Source: Lama glama
Lineage: Eukaryota
NCBI GenBank assembly: GCA_028534125.1
Contig: CM052816.1
Span: 55,864,001-55,928,000 of the forward strand
Length of the DNA stretch: 64,000 nucleotides
Direction of reading: 5' to 3'
Position numbers and translations under genes: made by a program. Below the pieces are notes generated by a model. The model had not been told where the DNA came from. It saw nothing but the letters and a program-made list of their open reading frames with translations, and searched no databases. This document shows, piece after piece, positions 13,815 through 25,710 of the stretch (positions are counted from its first letter, which is position 1; each line of letters starts with the position of its first letter).

Positions 13815-13928
13815 CTTGAATCAATATAGATATTAATTCTATTAGTGAAAATAAACTTGATAATGAAGAAATTACTTGAATGTTGATTTGTGAGCCTCTT
13901 GTTTTGTTTTTCTCTTTTCCTTTTTTAG

Positions 13929-14071
13929 GTTGGACACCACTTCGTGAGGCAGCTAGTGGAGGATGTAATGATACAATTGTAGAATTGTTAAAAGCTAATG
14001 CTAAAGTTAATTGTGAAAATCTAGATGGAATTCTGCCTTTACATGATGCTGTTGCAAACAACCATTTAAAG
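13929..14071 (+). CDS. ANKRD31: ANKRD31 exon, ankyrin repeats (GWTPLREAASGGCNDTIVELLKANAKVNCENLDGILPLHDAVANNHLK)
   Basis: Strong polypyrimidine acceptor ending ttttttag, donor AAG|gtgtag; ankyrin motifs; 143 nt, phase 1-0. Confidence 0.95.
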
Positions 14072-14126
14072 GTGTAGTATACATCAGACTGGGCTCCTAT
14101 TACTTTTTTTTAAAATCCAATGAAGA

Positions 14127-14310
14127 CAGGGGCAGGGGGAGGGTATAGTTTGATGAAGTACATACCCAGTATACATGAGGTCCTGGGTTCAATCTCCAGT
14201 ACCTCCATTAAAAATAAATAATAAATAAACCTAATTAAGCCCCCCCCATAAAAGAAGAAAAAATACATTATAAAGAAAAAAAGGACATTATAAAGAAAAT
14301 TGAGTCAAGA
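14127..14310 (+). mobile_element. tRNA-derived SINE (camelid Vic-1-like) with A-rich tail
   Basis: ggggagggtatag...gaggtcctgggttcaatctccagtacctcc (B box) then aaataaataaacctaatta; candidate TSD caatgaaga at 14118-14126 and 14311-14319. Confidence 0.8.
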
Positions 14311-15439
14311 CAATGAAGATACTTTAAACTGAGAACTAACATGATTCCTTAAAACAAAGAATTTTTAAAAACTGCTAAAAAGTATAAATGAATATGAATA
14401 TAATATTGTGGGTAGATTAAAAATTAATATATTTCCTAATGAATTATTTTTCCATTTTCTCTTCATTATATAGTTCATGTAAGTCAGAATAAAATAGAAA
14501 GGCTCAAAGTAAACAGCCTATCAATATTGTATATTCCAAGTTTAATTGTCTCAAATGATTTGCTGTTGTTCATAAAGAAGTCTATATAGTTATGACATAT
14601 GTGACAGCCAGCCTTTTTTTAAACTCAGAATTTCTCAACGGGTTTGAAGTTTCAAAGAAATGGGTAAAAGCTCAAGTTGCTTGTTTCGTAGGGGGTTGTT
14701 ACATCTTTTTCTCCTTTGTTTGTTTGTTTCATCTGACAGCTATGGTAAAAATATCAGAAGAGAAAATTACTGGGGTCATTATTTCAGTAACACTGAATTT
14801 CAAATCTAAACGTTGAAATTCTTCACATTTTAAAGCTCATCTTTTTGTTTGACAAACTTTAGGAGAAAACTTTTATTGTTGTCAATAGGCAATGTAGACT
14901 TCAGGAATAATTATATGCTTTGAAAAATAGTTAAGGAAACTACCAACAACAGTATAAAACCAGGGTTCATATTTTAAAAGTCCTTGAATGTCTCACTAAT
15001 GCCAAATTTATGTCTGTAGGTATTCTTCAATAGCCTGGTAGTTTTTATTTAATTTTGTGAAAGTATATCCCCAGTGTTTTCAGCCTAAATGTAGTCATGA
15101 AAGAATAGTGTTGAATTTATGATTTGCAGAGATAAGAGATACAAACTAATGATGAAGAATAACCAGGTAGGTGGGCTAATGTCCAGAGAGGCTTCTTTGA
15201 CTGCAGAATCTCTTTGACCTTTAAGATATTTAAATTAAAAGAGAATAGACAACATCAAGTTTGTGTGGTTGTACAATGGAAGAAAGCACACAGGAAGAAT
15301 CATTAGAGTGATCAACTTACCGGTTATTTGTACAGAGAAAAGACCACTTAAAGTGAAACTACTTAAATAAGGACCAAAATACCATAGTGGGGAAATCAGG
15401 ATTTTGGACATTATCCTGAAAAATGCAATATAAAACAAA

Positions 15440-15965
15440 ATAAGGGGCTCCTCAGCACCACCCCTATATTTAGAAATTTATTAGATAGTGTTACAGAGCT
15501 CAGCATATGGTTGTACTCATAGCTCAGATTTATCTCAGCAGTGTAGTAAGGATGCAAAGCTGGATCATCAGAGAAAGAGGTGGAGTCGGGAAGTATCCAT
15601 CTAAAGGCTTTACTACGCTGTCTTCCTCATAGGAGGTCACACAGTTTGCTTTTCCCTCAGCAGAGAAAATGTAGCAGCGTAAGTGTGATGTTCTGCCCAC
15701 GGAAGCTCATTATATATACTGGGGGCTGGTCATGTAGGCACCCTCTGCCTAGCACATACCAAGATTCCAGACTCCCAGAAGCATAAACCACATTGCTTGT
15801 GTAGACACTTTAAGCACAGCGAACCACCCTTATCAGTTAGGGAAAGTTTTATATCAGTGTGGAACACTGTTTTCCACCCAAGTTCACAGATGCCAGCAAA
15901 AGGCCAGCCTTGCAAGCAGCCTTTCTGGATTGCAGTCTTAGGCCTGCTATGGTAACTCTTTTCTA
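15440..15965 (-). mobile_element. MER21-like LTR
   Basis: Recalled MER21 motifs: ggggctggtcatgtaggcaccctctgcctagcacataccaa..ttccagactcccagaag, aagggccagccttgcaagcag-like, aggcctgctatg.taactctttt. Confidence 0.7.
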
Positions 15966-16767
15966 AATAGTATTGTATTGAGTTTCTAATTGAAACATAT
16001 ACTAATTTATGGAACAGCAAAAGACTGAAGTCTAGCTTTTCTGGCAAAACAATATGACAGCACATAGGACATCCTTTATCTCAAAGCTGATTTTTGCACC
16101 ATGATCTCAAGGAAGGCCTTTTTTCAAAAATTTTGAGAGGGTCCACAAGTTTTCCCTAGGTCCTCTATTAATCCACTCTTATTCAAATCTTGATTTTTCT
16201 TTTTTTAGGTTAACAATTTTGCCTGTGAATTTCTTGTTTATTAGTTGCTTTGCAGGTGCTTCAAGGATTTTTACAACATTATTTTAATGTATGACTTCAG
16301 GAGATCCTACATCTGTGCATTTTGACTTTGTAATCAATTTGTAGTGTATTTCCATTTTATTGTTGGCTATTTACAGTATCAGTGACCAGTGGTAAACTGA
16401 CTAAAAATCAAGAGATAGATTTTAACCTGATGGATGGGAAAAGTGCCATGTTAATGAGAGTGGAAAGGAATGTTTGATTAGGTCAGACTTTACAGCCTTC
16501 ATGAATGAGAATTTTCCTATTTTGAAGATGCCAGCTTCCCGCATAGCAAGGGTTGGAGAAAATGATTACTCAGATATAGAGGGGAGGGTCCTCTGTGAAG
16601 ATAAGGGCCAAGAACTGAAAATAAACCACAGGAAATAGCAGAAGGGGAGCTTGGCTTAGTAGACAAAACACTGAACTGAATATTGGAGGACTTGAATTCT
16701 AGGCCTAGTTCTGCTGCTTGAAAAAGAGAAAGATACCTTTAGCCCTGAGATAAGGAATTTGATCTGG

Positions 16768-16976
16768 AGCTGTACTGTCCTATCTTGTAGCCACTAACTC
16801 CATGTAACTAATAAATTTAAATTACTTAAAATCAATTCAATTAAAAAATTCATTTATTCTGTTACATTAGTCACATTTCAGGTACTCAATAGCTACACGC
16901 AGCAAGTGGCTCCCATATTGGATAGTACAGAAGAGAACATTTCCATTGTCACAGAAAACTCAGTTGGACAGCTCTG
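16768..16976. mobile_element. MER3-like hAT-Charlie MITE
   Basis: ctgtcc..gtagccacta..catgt..aaatt..ttagtcacatttcaggtactcaatagctacac..ttggacagctctg with inverted termini. Confidence 0.7.
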
Positions 16977-16981
16977 GTGTA

Positions 16982-17207
16982 GGGGAGGGATGGGTAAATA
17001 CTTCCTCTAAAGGGCTAGATAATCAACAGTTTAGGTTTTCTGGGTCACTCAGTCTCTTTCGGAACTACTCAACTACTATCGTAGTATAAAAGCAAACATA
17101 GATAATATGTAAATGAGTGGGTTTGGCTGTATGCCAATAAAACTTTACTTACAAAATCAGGCAACAGACCATATTTGGCACATGGGCCATAGTTTACTAT
17201 TGCTTGT
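16982..17207. mobile_element. MER58A-like hAT MITE
   Basis: aaagggctagata..gtaaatgagtgggtttggctgtatgccaataaaactttacttacaaaa..gggccatagttt; second copy at 40597. Confidence 0.75.
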
Positions 17208-17809
17208 TCTAGAGAATCACTTATGTTCTTTTACCTCAGTGGTGATACAGATGAAGTTTGCTTTTGAAATAACCTTCCATATCTCTGTTACCTTTATTTT
17301 AAAGAAAAGAAGGAAGTAGTATTTTTTTAATGATATTTTAATTCCTTTGGTACTGATACATTGCCAGCATTTTCCTTCATATTTTCATTAATTTTCCATG
17401 TGACAGTTCTTCTGTCATTGGCTTATTTTATTTCTGACTCATTGTGTCCCTTTTGTCCCTGTTTCTTTATTTTGAGATTAGATGTTGATAGATGATCTAG
17501 AAAGATAAAAAGAGGGGACAAGAGAGGTAAATATATGGTATTGTAGACCTAATCAGTATCAATTATATAGCACCCTATTATATTTAATTCTTAATTTTCA
17601 ATCTTGCATGACTACATGCAAAGTTATTAAACATCTTATTTTCTTATTGAACTTTCAATTAAAAAATCTTAGTTTCTGTTTTAAGTTATCTTCTAAGATT
17701 GTCATATATTCTTCCTTGTAAAATATAGAGGATAAAAAGATAAGGAAAAGGAAAATGAGAGGAAAAGATTTTTTTAAAAAGATAAAATGTGGGTGGAGAT
17801 GGACATCAA

Positions 17810-18310
17810 CTGTTGGACAAGGTGGGATAGCAGGGACAAGATATTCCCTCCCAACTTAACAACTAGAAAAGTTAGTGAAACACATAAAATAACAGTTTTG
17901 AGACATTGGTCAACATGCAGCAGGGGGCAGTGGTCCCTGAGAGAAAGGAAGCCAATGAGATGAACCCTAAGATTGTTCCATTTTATGGACTAGATGGGAT
18001 TTCTAGGCAAAAGCATAGGGAGGGAGAAAACCGATAGCCTTATGGTCTCAGTGAGTTAAAAAGATACAATTTGGAGTTTAAAAGACTCCGGCAGTTAGAA
18101 TTTATGGGGCAAAATACCAGATAGAGTGGATCTACACAGAGAGAACTCTCCAGAGATTTAAAGGGGAATCCCTTGTGTTCTTTGGCTGGTCTACAAATGA
18201 ACATAAGATTAGGCAGAGAGCCTGCAGGGAGGATTGGCAGAACCCCTGCTGGAGTGTACAGAGGGCTGAGTAGAGGACTGTTTCCCTTAAGCCCCATTGT
18301 GTGCCAGATA
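17810..18310 (+). mobile_element. Old L1M 5'-region fragment
   Basis: aacaactagaaaa..gttttgagacattgg..gtggtccctgagagaaaggaagccaatgagatgaaccctaagattg; similar to the reverse complement of 37560-37900. Confidence 0.55.
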
Positions 18311-19453
18311 CTTCACAAGGGTTCACGTGTATTCCTCGTAAGTGATAAAAATGAGGTTCAGATGGTTAGTAACTTGCCCAGGAACACAGCTAGTAAGTAG
18401 CAGGAGTGAGTTTTGTATGCTTGACTTTAAGACAGATATGTTTTGTTTTATGCTGGGCTAACTCTAAGCTAATAGAACAAATAAGGGGCTATCTTTATAA
18501 TTTCTGCTGGCCCACTTGCTCTTCAGGTTTTCTGCTTCTTGATACCTGGACACAAGTAGACAGAGAAAAGCTACTAGCATGTAGCATATCTTTACTTTTA
18601 CAAAATCCTGACCATCTTTTCCTAATCAGAAGATTTGTCAGTGGTTTGAGTCACTTGTGCAGATGAAATTACTGTTTTTTTAACTGATTAACTTATATTG
18701 TAAACTGATTAGTGACCATCTTTAACCTTGATGAGTTACAAACTTACTTCTAACACACAAGTTTGAGTTATTCAGAGAAACATTATTTATATTAGAAACT
18801 GTTTACCCTCCAAATATTGCAACATTACTCTTTGACCTCAGTTTCTTCTTCTGTAAAAGATGGAGTTGGAGTAGATTATTTCTGTTTCTTTTTATCTTAT
18901 TAGCATTCTGTGAATGTAAGTCAGTTATTTAGGAAACATGACATATTTGTATAGGCATTAGGATGGATATTAGATTCCCAGGCTAGCTCATAAAACCTTG
19001 TGAACAAGTACTATCCCTGAAATATAGTTTGAACAGAACTTTATTCAACTGTGTCTAATGGCAATTTAAAATATAATTCATAATATAATCCTGAAATGAT
19101 CCTTGCTCCCTTCTCCACCCTGTCTCCAGCATCTTGTGGGAGGACAAAGGGCTCTGTTAGAGAGACTAAATTCTTCTGCACATCGGTCTACCTAAGTCTG
19201 CCTCTTTGGCGGTGAAGGCAATGTACCTGGTGCTTTCATGTCATCATGTTTGGTTCTCCTGTGAGGTCAGATCAGGCCAAATCTGTGGATCAGTTTACAG
19301 TTGTCATATCAAATGTAATCAAAAATTGGGGGGCCAGAGTTTGAAAACTTTTTTTGATAACTTTTAATACTTGGTAGTGGCATCTTGTAATGAAAGCAGA
19401 GATTATTGATCTTAATGTGTCTGTAGAGATAACTTTGCAAAAATACTATCTAG

Positions 19454-19616
19454 GCAACTGAAATTCTACTACAACATGGAGCAAACCCTAATCAAAAGGA
19501 TAAAAAGCAGAAGACAGCCTTGGATGAAGCAGATGATGAAAACACGAAAGAGCTGCTAAAATCTTACGGTGCCGTTGAGACTGATAATAGAGCTGAGGCT
19601 AATGCTGTCGTCACTG
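19454..19616 (+). CDS. ANKRD31: ANKRD31 exon, end of ankyrin cluster (ATEILLQHGANPNQKDKKQKTALDEADDENTKELLKSYGAVE...)
   Basis: Acceptor atctag, donor CTG|gtatgt; EILLQHGANPN ankyrin motif; 163 nt, phase 0-1. Confidence 0.93.
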
Positions 19617-20934
19617 GTATGTATGTCAGTGTTGCTTGCTTCCTTATACAGGTGTATACCTCTGCTTAGGAGAAGAAAATCTTCAGATTTCTGTAAATTG
19701 TTTAAAAACTGGGGATACGTGTTTTGTATGTTTATTAAACTCTTGAGAAGGATCATTTATTTTTAGAAATAACATTTCCAAACTTGGTTTACTTCATACA
19801 TCATATGGTCCTATTGTATTGGAATTATATGTTGAAACAAAATGCATTTCATTAAACAAGCTTTAATTGCTCTAACACTGAACGTGAGAGATGTTCATGG
19901 AACTGTCCGGATTGGTTTACGTGTAGTGGGGCTAAAAAAAGATGACGCTGTGCTAAAGTCTTTGTAACTAGGATTCCGTGACTTTAAAATGTGTGATGAT
20001 TCATGCAGAAGTTGGGCTGATGCCAGCTTTTTGAGACTCCAGTATTTTAATGCGAGATATGAATTTGTTAAGCAAATATGTTATACTTACATATATATGT
20101 GTGTACATTATATATATATTATGGTGGGAAGAATATTTCAAGGGAATGTATAGTCAGGTAAAATTTTGTGAACCATTTTTAGCAATAGTTCGCAGTTAAA
20201 TAATATAATGAGTTATCTACAAGAAATAAGCATTTAGTGAACACTTATTTAGAAAATACGCATTTGTTGAGCACCTGCTAAACAAACCAGGCACTTGCCC
20301 AGGAGGAGCTTTCAGTCTTAGGGGAAGACCAACCAGAAAACAGGCAATTACATGCAATTTTGGAAGTGTTGAGGAAAGGGAATTGTTCTTCCTTTTTTTC
20401 ATGCTTGAACTTTGACTGATAGAAGAAGAAAGCCAAGAACTGATCTGTCCTCTTGATGAGGAAGAATATTGGGAAGAGAACCCCTGTCACACCCTTTTCC
20501 CCTAGCCTACCACTATCCTTACCAACTGTTGGTTTTCGAGGGAGGAATCATATTACTGATATGATTGGTCAGAGCCAAGGATCATCTTTGTGTCCTGCTT
20601 TACTAGTGAGCTAGATCTCATGTAGGTCAAAGTCAAGAGACTGATACAGAAATCCTCTTTTCTTTGCCTACTACCATATGGTAAGTCAGTAAGTAGCATC
20701 AGGGCCTTTCTTAGAGACCCAGCTTGGTTCTCTCCCTCTTCATAGCCAATTTGGAGTTATTGAGAACTCTGTGATAAAGTTCTATATCTGTTTCCACTTC
20801 TCTGTTGTTTCTTGTATATACATTTCCTTGATCAGGTACCCTAGTGGAATGAGGGATATGGGGTGGCCTTATATGGAGAAGGAGAATCCAGAATGGGAGA
20901 GGGTTGGAGAAAACTTTGCAGCGACAATGAATTA

Positions 20935-21155
20935 TAGTCTTAGTGGTTAAGAGCATGGACTTGAAAGCACATCTGGTTTCAGTACCAGCTGTGTGACATT
21001 AGGCAACATCTTCAATCCCTGTAAGCTCTCTTCTGTAAAATGGATATAATTATACCTCATAGGGCTCATATGCATGAAGGTTAAATAAGGTGATTCAGAG
21101 ACAGTCTGATATCCAGCATGTGGTAAGTATTCAGTAAATGTAACCATTACAGTTG
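20935..21155 (+). mobile_element. MIR SINE
   Basis: tagtggttaagagcatggact..agctgtgtgacattaggcaa..tctgtaaaatgg..acctcataggg core. Confidence 0.75.
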
Positions 21156-21215
21156 ATAAAATGATGCTAAATTTTTGCACATTTTTATTATATCTACTAA
21201 TTTTATGTTTTAAAG

Positions 21216-21331
21216 TGAAAACTTCTGCTGTCTGGTCAAAAAGACACAAACAGTGTTTCTGTGATGACTGCAAAACTGTTGATATACCTTCTCTTTCAAA
21301 CCAAGGGAAAAAAGTGGAGAACCTTCCTATG
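21216..21331 (+). CDS. ANKRD31: ANKRD31 coding exon (VKTSAVWSKRHKQCFCDDCKTVDIPSLSNQGKKVENLPM)
   Basis: Acceptor ttttatgttttaaag, consensus donor ATG|gtgagt; 116 nt, phase 1-0 bridges the neighbours. Confidence 0.85.
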
Positions 21332-21899
21332 GTGAGTGAGGCTGAAATCCTTTTGTTCTTCAGCCTAGAAAATGCCGTTCTTTGGGCTAGCCAGCCATTG
21401 GCTATTTGCAGCACTCTTTGCATTTTAGGGGCATGCTGGTTGAAAATGGTTTTTGTCGTAAGAAAATAATACAGCATAATTGAGCAAAATCAGCCAAGAA
21501 AATATGTTGTATAGTTAACTCTCCATTATGTGCACTGAACACAGAATTATGGTTTAGCTTTTATCCTTTACACCTGCATTAGGTTCTTTGGCTACTCGTT
21601 ATCCCACAGACGGTGCCACTGTCATAGTATCTTTACCCATCTACTCCCAAAAATATCTGGGATTCATACTAGGTAGAAAAGACCCTGGAACCTAGACATA
21701 GAAGAGGAAAGCAACCTGACCCCACATGGTTTATGGTGATAATGTTTGCTATATGTGAAATCCCTCATATAAACTATATGTGAAATCCCTCATATAAAGG
21801 CATATTTTATAAAAAGAATAACATAGTAGTTGCACATATATTACTTACAAGGGGGATGTTCTTAGTTTGATTAAAACACATGGCTTACTAGACACTACT

Positions 21900-23600
21900 T
21901 ATTTTTAAATTTTTTAATTGAAGTATAGTTGATTTACAATGTTGTGTTAGTTTCAGACATACAGTAGAGTGGTTCAGTTATATATACATATATACACATA
22001 TATACAGTTATATATATATGCACACATATATACATACACACACACACACACACATACACATATATATATTCTTGTTCAGATTCTTTTCCATTATAGGTTA
22101 TTAGAAGATACTGAGTATCGTACCCTGTGATGTACAGTAGTTTTGTTGTTGTTTTATCTGTTTTATATATAGTAGTGTGTATATGTTAATCTCAAATTCC
22201 TAGTTTGTTCCTCCCTCTCCCCCTCCTTTTCTCTTTGGTAACCATAACTTTGCTTTCTATGTCTGTGAGTCCATTTCTGGTTTGTAAATTAATTCATTTG
22301 TGTCATGTTTTTAAATTCTACATAAGCAGCATCATATAATATTTGTCTTTCTCTGTCTGACTTACTTCACTTAGTAATAATAATCTCTAGGTCCATTGAT
22401 GTTGCTGCAAATGGCATTTTCATTCTTTTTTATGACTGAGTAATACTTTGTTGTGTATATGTATGTATGTGTGTGTGTGTATATATATTCAAATTATATT
22501 TTTCTCCAGATATATGCCTAGGAGTGGGATTGCTGGATCATATGTTAACTCTGTTTTTAGTTTTCTAAGGAACCTCCATACTATTCTCCATAGTGGCTGC
22601 ACCAATTTATATCCCCACCAACAATATGAGGATTCCTTTTTCTCCACACCCTCTCCAACATGTGTTATTTGTAGACTTTTTGATGTTGGCCATTCTGACC
22701 AGTGTGAGGTGATGCCTTATTGTAGTTTTGATTTTCATTCTCCAGGAATTAACAATATTCAGCATTTTTTCATGTGCCTGTTGGCATCTGTATGTCTTTT
22801 TTGGAGAAATGTCTGTTTAGATCTTCTGCCCATTTTTTTGATTGGCTTGTCTGTTTTTTTGATATTGAGCTGTATAAGCTGTTTGTATATTTTGGAAGTT
22901 AGTTCCTTATTGGTCACACTGTTTGCAAATATTTTCTACCATTCTGTAGGTTGGTTTTTTGTTTTGTTTATGGCTTCCTTTGCTGTGCAAAAACCTTTTC
23001 TGTTTAATTAGGTCCCATTTGTTTATTTTTGTTTTTATTTCCATTACTCTAAGAGAGGGATCCAAAAAAATATTGCTGTGATTTATGTCAAAGAATGTTC
23101 TGCTTGTGTTTTCCTCTAGGAGTTTTATAGTATCCAGTCTTACATTTAGGTCTTTAATCTATTTTGTGTTTATCTTTGTATATGGTGTTAGAGAATGTTC
23201 CGATTTAATTCTTTTACATGTAGCTGTGCAGTTTTCCCAGCACCACTTATTGGAGAGACTGTCTTCTCCATTGTATGTTCTTGGGTTTATTTCTGGGCTT
23301 TCTATTCTGTTCCACTGGTCTCTATGTTTTTGTACCAGTACAGTACTATTTTGATTACTGTAGCTTTGTAGTATAGTCTGAAGTCAGGGAGCATTATTCC
23401 CCCAGCTCCATTCTTCTTTCTCAAGATTGTTTTGGCTATTCAGGGTCTTTTGTATTTCCATACAAATTTTAAAATTATTTGTTCTGGTTCGGTGAAAAAT
23501 TCCATTGGTGTTTTGATAGGGGTTGTATTGAATCTGTGGATTGCCTTGGGTAGTAAGGTCATTTTAACAATATTGATTCTTGTAATCCAAGAACACATGG
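21900..23600 (-). mobile_element. 5'-truncated LINE-1 (~1.7 kb) with internal (TA)/(CA) microsatellite
   Basis: Colinear with the 3' end of the 7345-13745 L1; candidate TSD gacacta(a)ctt at ~21891 and ~23600. Confidence 0.9.
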
Positions 23601-25439
23601 ACACTAACTTCTTAAACAAAGTAGCATCCTCAATAAAATATTTTGATTAAGGCTACATATGTTGATTAGACCTCCCTTACATATTTTTTGTTAGTGCAGA
23701 GGGGGAAATATCATTCATTAAACCTAAACTATGATTAATCAACTAATTTATTCCTTAAATATTTTAAATGGTATTAAACTAAATTGCATTTGCCTCAGCA
23801 TTTCAAAAATATTTTACATTGTTCTTAGTATCTGTTGTAATGAATGAAAAGTCATTGTTAACCTAGTTTCCTTTGCTTGTAGTTAATATATCTTTTAAGC
23901 TTGCAGTTTAAAAATCTTTCTGTTATATTCTGCAATGTGTTCACTGGATTATGTCTAAATGTGGATATGTTTTTATTAATTATACTTAGGTCTAGACATG
24001 CCCCTTTAATCTGAAGATACGTTTCTCATTTGTATTCTAGAAACTCTCAGAATTTCTTACTTCTTTGAATATTACCTCTCTTCCATTCTCAGGAGTTTCC
24101 TTTTTTGAAACTCACATTTAGATGGCTGTTAGACCAGTCTTTATGTATCTTTTTCATATTTCCATCTCTTTAACTCTCTGCACTATATTCTGGGTAATAC
24201 CCTTTGATCCCTCTTGAATTCATTTTTTCTTTCCTCAGATATTTCTAATTTAACCCATCCACTGAGTTTGTAATTTCAGTAACTGTGTTTTTTATTTCTA
24301 CCAAATCTATATTTCCTTTAAAGTTTTTGTTTTAAAACAAAACAAGACTTCTCTGCCCTTGCCCTACAGTATTGATAGCATTTAAGAAATCTTTTCAAAC
24401 GCTTTAGAAGGAATTTGAAGTCTCCTCCCTGCTCGTTCTCGTGATAACATGATCCTTCAGGTGGTTTGTGATTTTTATGGTAATCTCATTGCGGAGAGGG
24501 CGGTTTACTGTGGGAATTTGGGTGTGCTTAGACTTTGCATGTAACATTTGCTTCTGCTAAGGCCCTGCAAGTTGATCAGTTTCACACCAGTTTTTCTGCT
24601 GATTTCTCAGTTAGGGTTCCTGAACCTCACCGGTTGTATAAATTTAGTTCTCATATACTTAGGCTTGGTTCCTAATTTTCTACCCAAAGCATTGGGTGTG
24701 TTACAAGTAGAGTTTTTCTAATCCTTGTTTAAGCTAAAGGAAACCCACTTGAGGTCATGAGGTTTATGTGGGGACTCCATTCTAATTCCTTCTTCATGAG
24801 GGCCTGAGGCCTTATCTCCTTTTCCTATGTAGGCGTAAAAAACCCAGCCCCTAATACCTATGTTTGTTCCAAATCCCTGTAGGCCACTGCTAGCTTCACT
24901 TTATTTCTTTTTCTTTTTCCAGTCTTAGCTGTGTGTGTGTGTGTAAAATTTATTGTATGTTGTCTAATGTATTTTTCTCTGTGTTTGAAGTAGACAGGGA
25001 TCCTTCTATATCATCAGTTTACCGTGTTGGCCATAAGTATCTTTAAGTTATATTTTTATGTAAAGATTGAAACATTATGGAAAAACCGCCCTATTATTAT
25101 TAAGTGTATGAGTATTTGCTTCAGGAATAATGTGTGTCATTTCAGATACCAAGCCTCAGAGAAATGTAATGGAGATAAAGGAGTTTAATGAAAACCAGCT
25201 TTTTAAAAAAAGAAAAAAAAAAGAAATATGAGGACTTTAAAGTCATTGATAGTTTGTCTTTTCTAAATGGATAATTGTTTTTGAATGTTGAAAATTTAAA
25301 ATCAAATTAGGGGTGAGGGGCGACTCTATGGCCAGATGCAACGGAAATGAGATGATTTTACTTTGGTGCTACCTTGTGACACCTTCAAATCACTGCATGT
25401 AGGCAGTCCCCTTCACTACCCCTGTGTAGAATGAGTATA

Positions 25440-25710
25440 GGAGTAATAATAATAACAATAGTTGGTACTCACTACTGAGTATTTATTAGATGGTAAAGTG
25501 CTTTATATTCACTCATTTAGTCCTCCTAATAATTCTTCCAGGTAGTTTGTGTTAGTATCATTACCTTCCTCATTACAGATAAGGAAGCTAAGGTAAGAAA
25601 GGGTAAGTAACTTGACGCAAAATTGCATTTCTATGAAGTAGCAATGGCAGAGTTAAGCTGCAGGCAGTCTGGCTCCAGAGCCTATGCTCTTAGCCACTGT
25701 GCTTTATTAT
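25440..25710 (-). mobile_element. MIR SINE
   Basis: cattacagataaggaagctaaggt..aagtaacttg..caggcagtctggctccagagcctatgctcttagccact. Confidence 0.75.

Noticed and set aside
19990..20025. C/D box snoRNA-like motifs (gtgatga...ctga)
   Set aside because: The boxes are too close together and there is no terminal stem.
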